Positions 50,595 through 59,521 are shown, counted from the first letter of the stretch. The stretch: 64,000 nucleotides of DNA from an uncultured Phycisphaerales bacterium (GCA_963718665.1 OY970359.1:399514-463513), one strand, 5' to 3'. Numbers and translations are program-made. The notes: generated from the sequence alone by a model not told the origin.

Positions 50595-51878
50595 TTACTG
50601 AGAGCGATCTTGGCTATCTTTAATTTTTGGCCAATGGCAATCTTTAAACTTTTTGCCACTGCCACAAGGACAAGGTTCATAAATTGAGACTTCTCTTTTT
50701 CTTACGACAAAATCCGCTTCTGAATCATCTAATGGAACTTGAGATGTATCTTTGGATATTTGAGAATTAACAAGATTCTTCATTCTTTCTACAAGTTTGG
50801 CTTCATCATCGCTTGATTTAGGTTCTATCCGCTTCCCACCAGGCTCCCAATGAGGAAAAAAACGTTTCCATAACTGGAAAGTAATAGATTTTCCATTCGC
50901 AGGAGGTCCAAAGCCATATTGTGCTCCCCATACATCTTTTCTATGCTCTCCTAGTTTGCCCCACTCATACGACAGATTCTTCAAGTCTGCCTTTAAATCC
51001 TCCCCGGCGACAAATGTTTGGTCGGAATTTAGGAATGTTCCAGCAATAGACTTATGAAAATTGTCGTTAGAAACAAAAACCATGCAAAATGGCAAATAAT
51101 AAATGTACTCTAAATCAATTTTATTAGTCGGCCTCGTTCCAATAAAGTTGCAAATCAATCCAAAGTAGAATAATACGAGGGCGTTAAAGCAGTAATATGC
51201 ATAGGGTGAGAAGTCTTTAATCAACTTATATTCGCCGCGTTCCCACCTAATAAAAACACGCTGAGCCATTGGAAAATCGATACCAAATTCCTCTATTAAC
51301 CAGACCAAAAGATTCGTTTGATTATTTTCCTGTGACAAGAATTTGTTTACATATTGGTGCAATTGTTCAACACTATCAAATTGTTTCAATACTTTAATTT
51401 TTTGTTTGGCCGTATTTTTAAAAAGTTCCAAGTCTAAAGACCTTGTCGATTCCCGCCATTGCTCAGAAAGAATGTTTTCCGCTTCTGTGAAATTGCCAGA
51501 TTTCCATTCATTAAGTGTTTTTTCTTCTGGCGAAACGTCAAATATTATCCCCTTCTTGCCAGAATCACCTTCCACAGGGACACCACCACCTATATAAGGA
51601 CGTCTTCTCATTTCCACCGGATACCCTAAAAGCGAATTTATAATCAGATATCTGTAATGTACGCTAATCGCTGAATCGAATGGCAGTATTTTGTTTACCA
51701 TACGCATTATTTGATCTTTGGAGACGGCTCCTTGCCTTGTTGGTTTTTTTAGGTCTCCAAGTATTTCTATGAGAAGGATCGGCGTTATATTTATAAAATA
51801 TAGTTTATTCAGAATAAATACCTCATCAAAAGAAAGTGACTGTAGTGCCGATTTGTCTAATATGATTGTTGGCCCCAT
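50595..51878 (-). CDS. Hypothetical protein C of the AT-rich operon: possible split PIN-like N-domain plus a C-terminal SEC-C zinc motif
   Basis: ATG at 51878 (alternative TTG at 51899). TIILDKSALQSLSFDEVFILNKLYFINITPILLIEILGDL and later MVFVSNDNFH resemble PIN acidic blocks. C-terminal CPCGSGKKFKDCHW. Confidence 0.5.
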   Translation of the reverse strand: MGPTIILDKSALQSLSFDEVFILNKLYFINITPILLIEILGDLKKPTRQGAVSKDQIMRMVNKILPFDSAISVHYRYLIINSLLGYPVEMRRRPYIGGGVPVEGDSGKKGIIFDVSPEEKTLNEWKSGNFTEAENILSEQWRESTRSLDLELFKNTAKQKIKVLKQFDSVEQLHQYVNKFLSQENNQTNLLVWLIEEFGIDFPMAQRVFIRWERGEYKLIKDFSPYAYYCFNALVLFYFGLICNFIGTRPTNKIDLEYIYYLPFCMVFVSNDNFHKSIAGTFLNSDQTFVAGEDLKADLKNLSYEWGKLGEHRKDVWGAQYGFGPPANGKSITFQLWKRFFPHWEPGGKRIEPKSSDDEAKLVERMKNLVNSQISKDTSQVPLDDSEADFVVRKREVSIYEPCPCGSGKKFKDCHWPKIKDSQDRSQ

Positions 51879-51985
51879 TATTACCCTATTTATTACCAAA
51901 TAATATGTGGCTGTTCCTATTTAATTAATCCGCAAAAATCCTATCGCGAGCTGTTCAATTAAAGAATCTTCAGAATATTCAGTAA

Positions 51986-52898
51986 TTACTCGCCATCTAA
52001 ACTATCTTGTGATAAGCATACAAAATTATCTAGTGACAATCTCATATGTTCTGAGATTATAATTTCGACGTGTCTTCTTTCAAAAAAGTCTTTGCCAAAA
52101 CAACACTCTTTTAATTTTTTACCGCTTCCGCAGGGGCAATCTTCATCGGCACCAGTGTCCTCAGCTATCTTGATTCTACGGGTGCTTTCCTCAGTACGAG
52201 AAATTCGTAATGGATTACACTTTTTAACAAACACTAAATCTTTAAGATACTCAACACCAGTAAAAGGTATCGACTTATTATTAATGGCCATCATCTTGCA
52301 TCTTTTGTCTGCTGGATTTTCTACCAAAGACACGCTGAGAAGATTCTTGATTTCCTTGACAATACCGTAGGCTAATTTCCCCCTATAAAGCTCCCCTGCT
52401 ATATGCTCGCACTCTAAGCTTTCCATATTCCTACCACAGATGCTGCAATCTACTCTACTCACAACAGCTTCAATGCTGGAAAAAACCTTGTAAGGATAAA
52501 GTTTTTCTAATGCCTGTGCTTGCCTTTCCAAAAATTTGAATAAAGAAGTTCTATCAAAATGCGAAAATCTTTTGAGCAAGCGGAGAGAATCCAAAACATC
52601 TTGTAGCGTATCCCACGATCCAGGATAAGAGCCAGCACAGATTTGGGACCAGTATTGGGCGTAGCAATTTAACAGAGAAGCAAACCTGTCGAAGATAAAG
52701 CAATCATTATAAAATTCGTCCGGACGATTATTGGTTCCGGATTTCTCGTAATCATTTACTAGGGCACAAGTTTTTCTGCGACTTGTTTGGCGGATTCAAA
52801 ATTTAAATTCGCCAACTCATTATAGTAGGACTCAAGGGTTCCTCGGCAATCAAGCCAATATTGTTGCAGACTCTCTGTTTTGAGCAAGATATTATCCA
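51986..52898 (-). CDS. Hypothetical protein B of the AT-rich operon: Cys/His cluster plus SEC-C zinc motif, frame broken once
   Basis: The ATG at 52898 overlaps the stop of protein A (ATGGATAA). My translation gives MDNILLKTESLQQYWLDCRGTLESYYNELANLNFESAKQVAEK, then the frame shifts at the T5/A5 run 52771-52775 into ...CALVNDYEKSGTNNRPDEFYNDCF...LDSLRLLK (track ORF 51986..52594). CSICGRNMESLECEH and CPCGSGKKLKECC. Confidence 0.55.
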
Positions 52899-53365
52899 TT
52901 TATGAAATCATTAATATCAAACTGTTTGATTTTTTTTAGCCCTTCGACAGGACCGTTATATTCGAATTTCTTAAACTTGCCTTTGTCTTTATAAATAACG
53001 TTTAGATGAGCCTTAGGGTCATCTTTTGAAAGGTCGCCTCGCACCATAGATTTAAGGTAGTCATAGACAAAGTTAAGAAAAAGCGGTAACGCAACGTTTG
53101 TCGCCAAGAAAACCATGGGAAGCCATATCTCGGACGATTTTAAATCGATTACGTTCTCACATGAACTGATTTTAACGCTTATTTCTGACTTGTTCTGTCT
53201 GAGCCATTTAGCGAATCTATAAGTATCTGGCTTTAGGACTTCATGACCTTTTCTAAAATTATCTTCTGCAGAAAGAAAGATACCATTAGAATTTTCGATG
53301 AATTCTTTGCATTCTTTGGCAGGTTCAATTTCTGCTAAGGTAAAAAGCTTTTTTTCGTTTTCCAT
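52892..53365 (-). CDS. Hypothetical protein A of the AT-rich operon: small single-pass membrane protein
   Basis: 157 aa. AAGGA lies 9 nt upstream of the ATG. One hydrophobic helix, IWLPMVFLATNVALPLFLNFVY. No family recognised. Confidence 0.55.
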   Translation of the reverse strand: MENEKKLFTLAEIEPAKECKEFIENSNGIFLSAEDNFRKGHEVLKPDTYRFAKWLRQNKSEISVKISSCENVIDLKSSEIWLPMVFLATNVALPLFLNFVYDYLKSMVRGDLSKDDPKAHLNVIYKDKGKFKKFEYNGPVEGLKKIKQFDINDFING

Positions 53366-53469
53366 AGGTTCGTTCCTTATATTTCAATTTCCCCGCTTAT
53401 CAGTTTCGGCAAAAGCAAAATCATATTTCAGACGAACCTAACTATCTGTAAACAGCGTTTTCCAGAACA

Positions 53470-53507
53470 GCAAAGTTGACGGGCAAAGGTGCGAATCTCT
53501 TCCGGCC
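53470..53507 (-). promoter_or_regulatory. Copy 2 of the conserved 38-nt upstream motif
   Basis: The minus strand reads ggccGGAAGagattcgcacctttgcccGTCAACtttgc, about 105 nt upstream of the protein A start. 34/38 identical to 44452-44489. Confidence 0.45.
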
Positions 53508-53642
53508 TTAAAAAAACGTTTTCACCAAACCCACTATAGATTTTCATAAACGAGGTATCAAATTAAAATCCATCCCTTTGGGATACCGCATTTTTACTTT
53601 TTACCTTTTACTTTTTGCCTTGAACAACCTACCCGCTACACG

Positions 53643-54770
53643 CTATCCGCTATTCTTAAGATGCTTTGCTATCCTGCTCGCGCTTGGCGCTTTTATCACT
53701 CCTCTTTCGGTGATAATCGCCGTGATGTTCTCCGCAGGCGTTACATCAAACGCAGGATTGTAAATATCAACGCCATCGGGCACTATCTTTTTAGTGCCCG
53801 TCTTGAGCGAAGTCGAAGGGCTGACTCCACCTATAAACCGAATCTCCTCCGATGGCCGCTGCTCGATAGGAATATCTTTACCTGTCTTTGTTTTCAAATC
53901 GAACGTGCTCGATGGCGCAGCGATATAAAACGGTATTTTGTGCGCTTTAGCAAGAACGCTCAGGGCATAAGTACCAGTTTTATTGGCTGCGTCGCCATTG
54001 GCGGCGATTCTGTCTGCCCCGGTGATGACCATATCTATTTTGCCATCCCTCATAAGCGCAGCAGCCATATTATCGCAGATGACCGTCGTATCGATTTTGG
54101 CCCGTTTCAATTCCCAGGCGGTCAATCGCGAACCCTGTAACAAAGGCCTTGTCTCATCGACAAAAACCGTGAATTTTTTGCCTCGTTTTTTCGCTTCATA
54201 CAAAACCGATAAGGCCGTGCCCTGCCCTGCTGTCGCCAATGCCCCCGCGTTGCAATGCGTCAATATCCCTGCTCCACTTTTTATGAATCTGGCGCCGTTA
54301 GCGCCGATTTTGCGGCACATCTCGATATCTTCCCGGCAAATATCATTGGCCTCTTTCAAAACCGCTTTGCAAAGCTCATCCAACGTCCCTGCCGAACTTT
54401 TTTCAGCGCATTTTACTATTCTTTCAAGTGCCCATCGCAGGTTGACAGCCGTGGGCCTGCTGCTCGCCAAGTATTCGCAATCCCGTTTCAATAACTTCAC
54501 CGCCAAGTTCGCAGAGTTTATTTTATCTTTTTCTCTGCGGTCTTTGCGAGCTCGGCGGTAAATATTTTTCTGTAATGCCAAAACCGCCCCATATCCCCCT
54601 GCTACCCCGATTGCCGCGCATCCCCGAACCGCCAATGTCTTTATCGCGCCATATAACTGCTTAACGCCTACACAGCGAATTATTTTATATTCCCCCGGCA
54701 GTTTCCTCTGGTTGATAATCTCCAGACAGCCATCGACCCCGCCAATCCATTTAAGCGTCTTTACCACCAT
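53643..54770 (-). CDS. mtnA: S-methyl-5-thioribose-1-phosphate isomerase (eIF-2B alpha/beta/delta family)
   Basis: LAVRGCAAIGVAGGYG, SSRPTAVNL, THCNAGALAT, ETRPLLQGSRLTAWEL, GADRIAANGDAANKTGTY, NPAFDVTP. Confidence 0.9.
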   Translation of the reverse strand: MVVKTLKWIGGVDGCLEIINQRKLPGEYKIIRCVGVKQLYGAIKTLAVRGCAAIGVAGGYGAVLALQKNIYRRARKDRREKDKINSANLAVKLLKRDCEYLASSRPTAVNLRWALERIVKCAEKSSAGTLDELCKAVLKEANDICREDIEMCRKIGANGARFIKSGAGILTHCNAGALATAGQGTALSVLYEAKKRGKKFTVFVDETRPLLQGSRLTAWELKRAKIDTTVICDNMAAALMRDGKIDMVITGADRIAANGDAANKTGTYALSVLAKAHKIPFYIAAPSSTFDLKTKTGKDIPIEQRPSEEIRFIGGVSPSTSLKTGTKKIVPDGVDIYNPAFDVTPAENITAIITERGVIKAPSASRIAKHLKNSG

Positions 54771-54935
54771 TGCCCCATTCCTTATTAAAAATTGACGCCT
54801 TGCGTCATCCCCGAGAACCAGCTTCTTTGGTTTTGAAACAGGGGACCCATTTCAAAATCACCATCGCGCAGTTTACCCGCCGTGTATTTTGGCGGGCGAA
54901 TCCACAACTAAAGACTCAAAACTCAACACTAAACA

Positions 54936-57800
54936 CTAAATACTCTTTTCAGCTTTCGCATCCTCTTCGAGTTTTTTGCGGAGGTATTTGCCCGTATAGC
55001 TGACCTCATTTTTGGTAATTTCCTCAGGCGTTCCCGTCGCGACAACCGTCCCGCCCCTTTCGCCGCCTTCAGGCCCAAGGTCGATTATGTAATCCGCCAG
55101 CTTTACCACGTCGAGGTTATGCTCGATAACGACCACGGTATTGCCCAAATCAACAAGTCGCTGCAGAACGCTGAGCAGATTGTGAATATCGGCAAAGTGC
55201 AATCCGGTTGTCGGCTCATCGAGAACGTAGAGTGTATGCCCGGTCGCCGCCTTGCCCAGTTCCGCCGCAAGTTTCACCCGCTGGGCCTCACCCCCCGACA
55301 GCGTCGTTGACGCCTGACCGAGTTTGATATATCCAAGGCCGACGTCGTTGAGCATTTTCAAAAGGCGGATGACGGTCGGGAAGTTCGCGAAAAACTCAAG
55401 CGACTCCTCAATCCGCATATCCAGCACATCGGCTATATTCTTACCTTTACAAGTTACTTCCAGTGTCTCCGGATTATACCTTTTTCCTTTGCACTGCTGA
55501 CAAGTCACATACACATCAGGAAGGAAGTGCATCTCAATCAACATTGTACCCTGGCCCTTGCAGTATTCGCAACGGCCGCCTTTGGTATTGAAGCTGAAAC
55601 GGCCTGCCTTGTAGCCGCGGATTTTGGCCTCGCGTGTTTTGGCGAAAAGCTTGCGAATCTCATCGAGGGCGCCGGTATAAGTCGCGGGGTTACTGCGGGG
55701 GGTTTTGCCGATAGGCGACTGGTCAATCTGGATAACCTTGTCGATTTGCGTTATGCCGAGGATGCTTTTGTGTTTGCCCGGATGCTCGCGGGAGCCATAC
55801 AGGCGACGGCGTAACGCGGCCAAAAGCACCTGATTGACGAGGGTGCTTTTACCTGAGCCGGAAACGCCGGTAACGCCGATGAAAACGCCGAGTGGGAATT
55901 TGACGTCGATATCCTTGAGATTGTGCTCGGCAGCACCCCTTACCTCGACGCATTTGCGAAGATTGTATTTGCGTCTTCTCGAACCGAGTCCGATTCGCTT
56001 CCTGCCTCCGAGATAATCGCCCGTAAGCGACCTTGTGCAATTTATGATGTCCTGCAATTTGCCTTCGACCACCAGCTCACCGCCGTGTGCACCGGCGGCA
56101 GGGCCTATATCGATAATATGGTCGGCACTTCGCATAATGTCTTCATCGTGCTCGACCACGATGACGGTGTTGCCTATCTTGACAAGCCGCTGCAATATGC
56201 CAAGCAGCCGGTCGTTATCGCGTTTGTGAAGCCCGATTGTCGGCTCATCGAGAACATAGCAAACGCCGACAAGGCCGCTGCCCACCTGCGTTGCGAGGCG
56301 TATTCGCTGCGCCTCGCCGCCGGCAAGCGTGCCGCTCCTGCGGTCAAGCGTGAGGTATCCAAGACCGACATCGAACATAAAGCCGAGTCGCGCCTTTATC
56401 TCTTTCAATATTTGTTCGGCTATTACGGCCTTTTCGTTTTCGAGCTTGAGCTTGTTGAAAAACACCTGCGCCTTTTCGATGCTCATCGATGACAGCTCGT
56501 GAATGTTTTTGTTTCCAACCGTTACCGCGATTGCTTCGGGCCGTAATCTTGCGCCGTTGCACGCGGTGCAGTGCTGTTCGCTGAAATAGCTGTGCAATTT
56601 TTCTTTGACGTATTCGCTTTCGGTCGCCTTCCATCTCCGCATCAGGTTCGGGATAACGCCTTCAAACCATATACCGTATTTGTCCTCATCTTCCTTATTC
56701 GTGCCGTTCATCAGGAGACGTTTTATTTCATCGGGCAAATTCCCGAAAGGCATCGTCTTATCAACACCGAAGTCCCGGCAAAAACGGTTGACTAAGCGGT
56801 TGTAAAAAATATTCATCCGCTTGCCGCCTTTGCGCCAGGCGTCAATCGCGCCGTTTTCGAGCGACTTGGTTTTATCGGGCACAATCAGTTCGGGGTCGAA
56901 TTCGAGTATTGTCCCTAAACCATCGCAGCTTTTGCACGCGCCATAGGGGCTGTTGAAGCTGAACAACCTTGGTGACAATTCTTCGAGCGACGCCTCAGGG
57001 TGCTGCGGGCAGGCGAATTTCTCGCTGTATATCGTCTCTTCCCACTTACCATCAGTTGAATCTGTGCCGGGTTTCTGGCTCAAAACCACAATCGCCCCAT
57101 CGCCGAGTTTCAACGCTGTCTCAACTGAATCCGCTAATCGAATTCGCACCGCCTCGTTTATAACCAGCCGGTCAACGACCGCGGCGATATCGTGCTTTTT
57201 GTTCTTATCGAGCACGGGCGTGCCGCGAATATCGTAAATTCCCCCATCAACGCGCACCCGCACAAAACCTTCTCGTTGAATCGAGGCGAAGATGTCCTTG
57301 TGCTCGCCCTTTTTGCCGCGAATCAGCGGTGCGCAAATCTGCACCTTCGTCCCTTTGGGTTTGCTGATTAGCCAATCGACAATCTGCGATGAATGCTGGC
57401 TCGTAATTTCCTTGCCGCAAACCCGGCAGTGAGGCGTGCCGACTCTCGCGAACAGCAATCTAAAATAATCGTAAATCTCCGTCGTTGTCGCAACCGTCGA
57501 ACGCGGATTGGCTGATGCGCTGCGCTGTTCAATCGCGATTGTCGGGGGCAGCCCGGTGATTTCGCCGACCGCGGGCTTTTGCATCTGCTCTAAGAATTGC
57601 CTCGCGTATGAGCTTAGTGATTCGACGTATTTGCGTCTGCCCTCGGCGTAAATGGTATCGAAGGCAAGCGAGCTTTTGCCTGAGCCGGAGATACCTGTGA
57701 TGACAACCATTTTATCGCGGGGGATGCTCAGGTTGATATTCTTGAGGTTATGCTCCGCCGCACCGGTTATTTTGATGAACTTTTCCGTTTGCTCGCTCAT
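54936..57800 (-). CDS. uvrA: Excinuclease ABC subunit A
   Basis: 954 aa; GISGSGKSSLAFDTIYAEGRRKYVESLSSYARQFL, two ABC modules, zinc-finger Cys pairs. Confidence 0.96.
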   Translation of the reverse strand: MSEQTEKFIKITGAAEHNLKNINLSIPRDKMVVITGISGSGKSSLAFDTIYAEGRRKYVESLSSYARQFLEQMQKPAVGEITGLPPTIAIEQRSASANPRSTVATTTEIYDYFRLLFARVGTPHCRVCGKEITSQHSSQIVDWLISKPKGTKVQICAPLIRGKKGEHKDIFASIQREGFVRVRVDGGIYDIRGTPVLDKNKKHDIAAVVDRLVINEAVRIRLADSVETALKLGDGAIVVLSQKPGTDSTDGKWEETIYSEKFACPQHPEASLEELSPRLFSFNSPYGACKSCDGLGTILEFDPELIVPDKTKSLENGAIDAWRKGGKRMNIFYNRLVNRFCRDFGVDKTMPFGNLPDEIKRLLMNGTNKEDEDKYGIWFEGVIPNLMRRWKATESEYVKEKLHSYFSEQHCTACNGARLRPEAIAVTVGNKNIHELSSMSIEKAQVFFNKLKLENEKAVIAEQILKEIKARLGFMFDVGLGYLTLDRRSGTLAGGEAQRIRLATQVGSGLVGVCYVLDEPTIGLHKRDNDRLLGILQRLVKIGNTVIVVEHDEDIMRSADHIIDIGPAAGAHGGELVVEGKLQDIINCTRSLTGDYLGGRKRIGLGSRRRKYNLRKCVEVRGAAEHNLKDIDVKFPLGVFIGVTGVSGSGKSTLVNQVLLAALRRRLYGSREHPGKHKSILGITQIDKVIQIDQSPIGKTPRSNPATYTGALDEIRKLFAKTREAKIRGYKAGRFSFNTKGGRCEYCKGQGTMLIEMHFLPDVYVTCQQCKGKRYNPETLEVTCKGKNIADVLDMRIEESLEFFANFPTVIRLLKMLNDVGLGYIKLGQASTTLSGGEAQRVKLAAELGKAATGHTLYVLDEPTTGLHFADIHNLLSVLQRLVDLGNTVVVIEHNLDVVKLADYIIDLGPEGGERGGTVVATGTPEEITKNEVSYTGKYLRKKLEEDAKAEKSI

Positions 57801-58185
57801 TAGCCACAGAGTTTCTTAGCCACAGAGGACACAGAGGACACAGAGGACACAGAGAAATAAATTAAAAACTGTGTAAACCCGTGTTAATCCGTGTCTAATT
57901 TCAAAAGTATTAATCCGTTTAGTTTACCTTACGTTAGACACTGCAAAATTCATTGATAATCCAAACTTGTTATTGTAGCAAAACTAAGCCACAGATTACA
58001 CAGTTTTCACAGATATTTTTGGCCACAGAGCACACAGAGAATTATTTTTTCAGACACAGATTTACACAGATTAACACTGCTTTTTTCACCACGAAGACAC
58101 GAAAAACACAAAGAATTTTTAACCACGGATGGACACGGGTTAACACTGCTTTTTATTAAGCCACAGATTTCACAGATTACACGGC
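57801..58185. repeat. Dense cluster of short repeat words (TTAGCCACAGA / CACAGATTACACAG / TTCACCACGAAG), including the 9-nt tandem cacagagga x3.8 at 57821-57854
   Basis: Read directly. Related words occur at 61957-62053, 63613-63669 and 1415-1447. Confidence 0.8.
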
Positions 58186-58187
58186 TT

Positions 58188-58307
58188 TAGTCAGCCGGAG
58201 AGGCGTATTCGCAGCGTTCATTTCTCGATACTCGTATCTGTGAATGCCCGCTACTCATCCGCCGCCCCTTAGATAGGGGCATACCTTAGGTATTTACCGG
58301 CTGACTA
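58188..58307. repeat. 120-nt element bounded by perfect 11-bp inverted repeats (tagtcagccgg / ccggctgacta) with internal hairpins
   Basis: Internal stems gcccct-tagat-aggggc (58264-58280), atacc-tta-ggtat and gatac-tc-gtatc. Strand and function unknown. Confidence 0.6.
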
Positions 58308-58436
58308 TAAAATAACACAGATTTGCACATAATTTTGGGACACGGATTTACACAGGATTCCTTCGACAAGCTCCCCCGATAAAAACATTCGAGGGCAGGA
58401 GGATGAATAATCGCAATGGTCTAATTGATAGAACCC

Positions 58437-59180
58437 TTATTTCGGATAGCCGATTGTCTGGGCGACTATTATCTGTTCGGGCTTTACTTTGACTGCCTCG
58501 CCGAATTTCTTCTGGTCAACCATTCCGCGCACTACCGCCGCCAGACCCTGCGATGCACAATACAAATAGACGTTCTGAACCATACAGCCCACTTCGACAT
58601 CTCCCCAGATTTTTCGTTTTTCTTCCGAGACGGGGGCGGGGCCGTGACTTTCCTTCGGATTTCTTAAGGTAAAGACATAAACGAGGTTGAGCGGCGCGAT
58701 GAATACGAAATCCTGCATTCCGGCCATTTTCCTGAAATCGCCCTTCGCGACGGGTTTAAGCTCGTGCTTTGCCGAGTCATACAAATAAATGCCCTCAGGC
58801 AGCACAGCGTAAATATCAACGCAATAAATGCCCATCGCCGCGGGCGAAGTGCGTTTGCCATCAGGCCTGTTTGTGCCGTCAGCCGACCAAAGCAGGTCAG
58901 ACAACTGCTGTGAGGTGAGCTTCTTATCCGAGATATCGCGCGTTGACTTTCTTTTCTTAAGCGCCTGCATCAGGGAGATCCCATTGTTCAAATCAGGGGG
59001 ATTGAGTTTGATTACGCCATCCGCCTGGGGAACCGGCTGTAACTGACTGGTTGAGCCAGCAGCAGCATTAGCGTCACCACTCGCGCCGGACGTCGTGTTG
59101 ACATCCTGCGAAAAACCGGAAGTTGTAATACCCAAAATGCCAATAGCCGGCACGGCCTTCAAAAATGTCCTGCGATTCAT
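58437..59180 (-). CDS. Nitroreductase-family protein with a Tat-type signal
   Basis: ATG at 59180 after GGAGGA. MNRRTFLKAVPAIGILG twin-arginine signal. RKSTRDISDKKLTSQQLSDLLWSA and the C-terminal part fit the nitroreductase fold pattern. Confidence 0.7.
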   Translation of the reverse strand: MNRRTFLKAVPAIGILGITTSGFSQDVNTTSGASGDANAAAGSTSQLQPVPQADGVIKLNPPDLNNGISLMQALKKRKSTRDISDKKLTSQQLSDLLWSADGTNRPDGKRTSPAAMGIYCVDIYAVLPEGIYLYDSAKHELKPVAKGDFRKMAGMQDFVFIAPLNLVYVFTLRNPKESHGPAPVSEEKRKIWGDVEVGCMVQNVYLYCASQGLAAVVRGMVDQKKFGEAVKVKPEQIIVAQTIGYPK

Positions 59181-59521
59181 ATATCCTCCAATCTCTTTTG
59201 ACATCAAAAGTTTCGGATACTCCTGCACAACTGCCGTTCCAAAATTTATTGATAACTCAAAGTTGTTATTGTATCAAACCCTGCCCCAAAACACAAACTA
59301 ACCCGGCGCAAAAAAAGAGCCGTGTTGTCCGAAGACGCAAACGGACAGGTAAGGCGTCAATTGTGGATTTGGGATGCGGATAACCCCGCCACTCGCCTGC
59401 GCAAAAGTTTAGGCGAAGATGGCGGGGCTAAATATCAGGTGACGTTTATTGGCATTTGACTTTGACCTTTACGGCATTGGTCCTTTCGAACTTGGGCTTT
59501 CAAGGCCTTTTTACCCCTGTT

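Noticed and set aside
57821-57854. CRISPR-like array suggested by the regular repeats
   Set aside because: The repeat unit is only 9 nt, the copies are contiguous with no spacers, and no cas genes are present. It is a simple tandem repeat.
58188-58307. Hammerhead-type ribozyme, because the minus strand contains CGGAUGAG...GAGAAAU
   Set aside because: The core reads CGGAUGAG rather than CUGAUGA, and the flanking sequences do not form stems II/III in the required positions.
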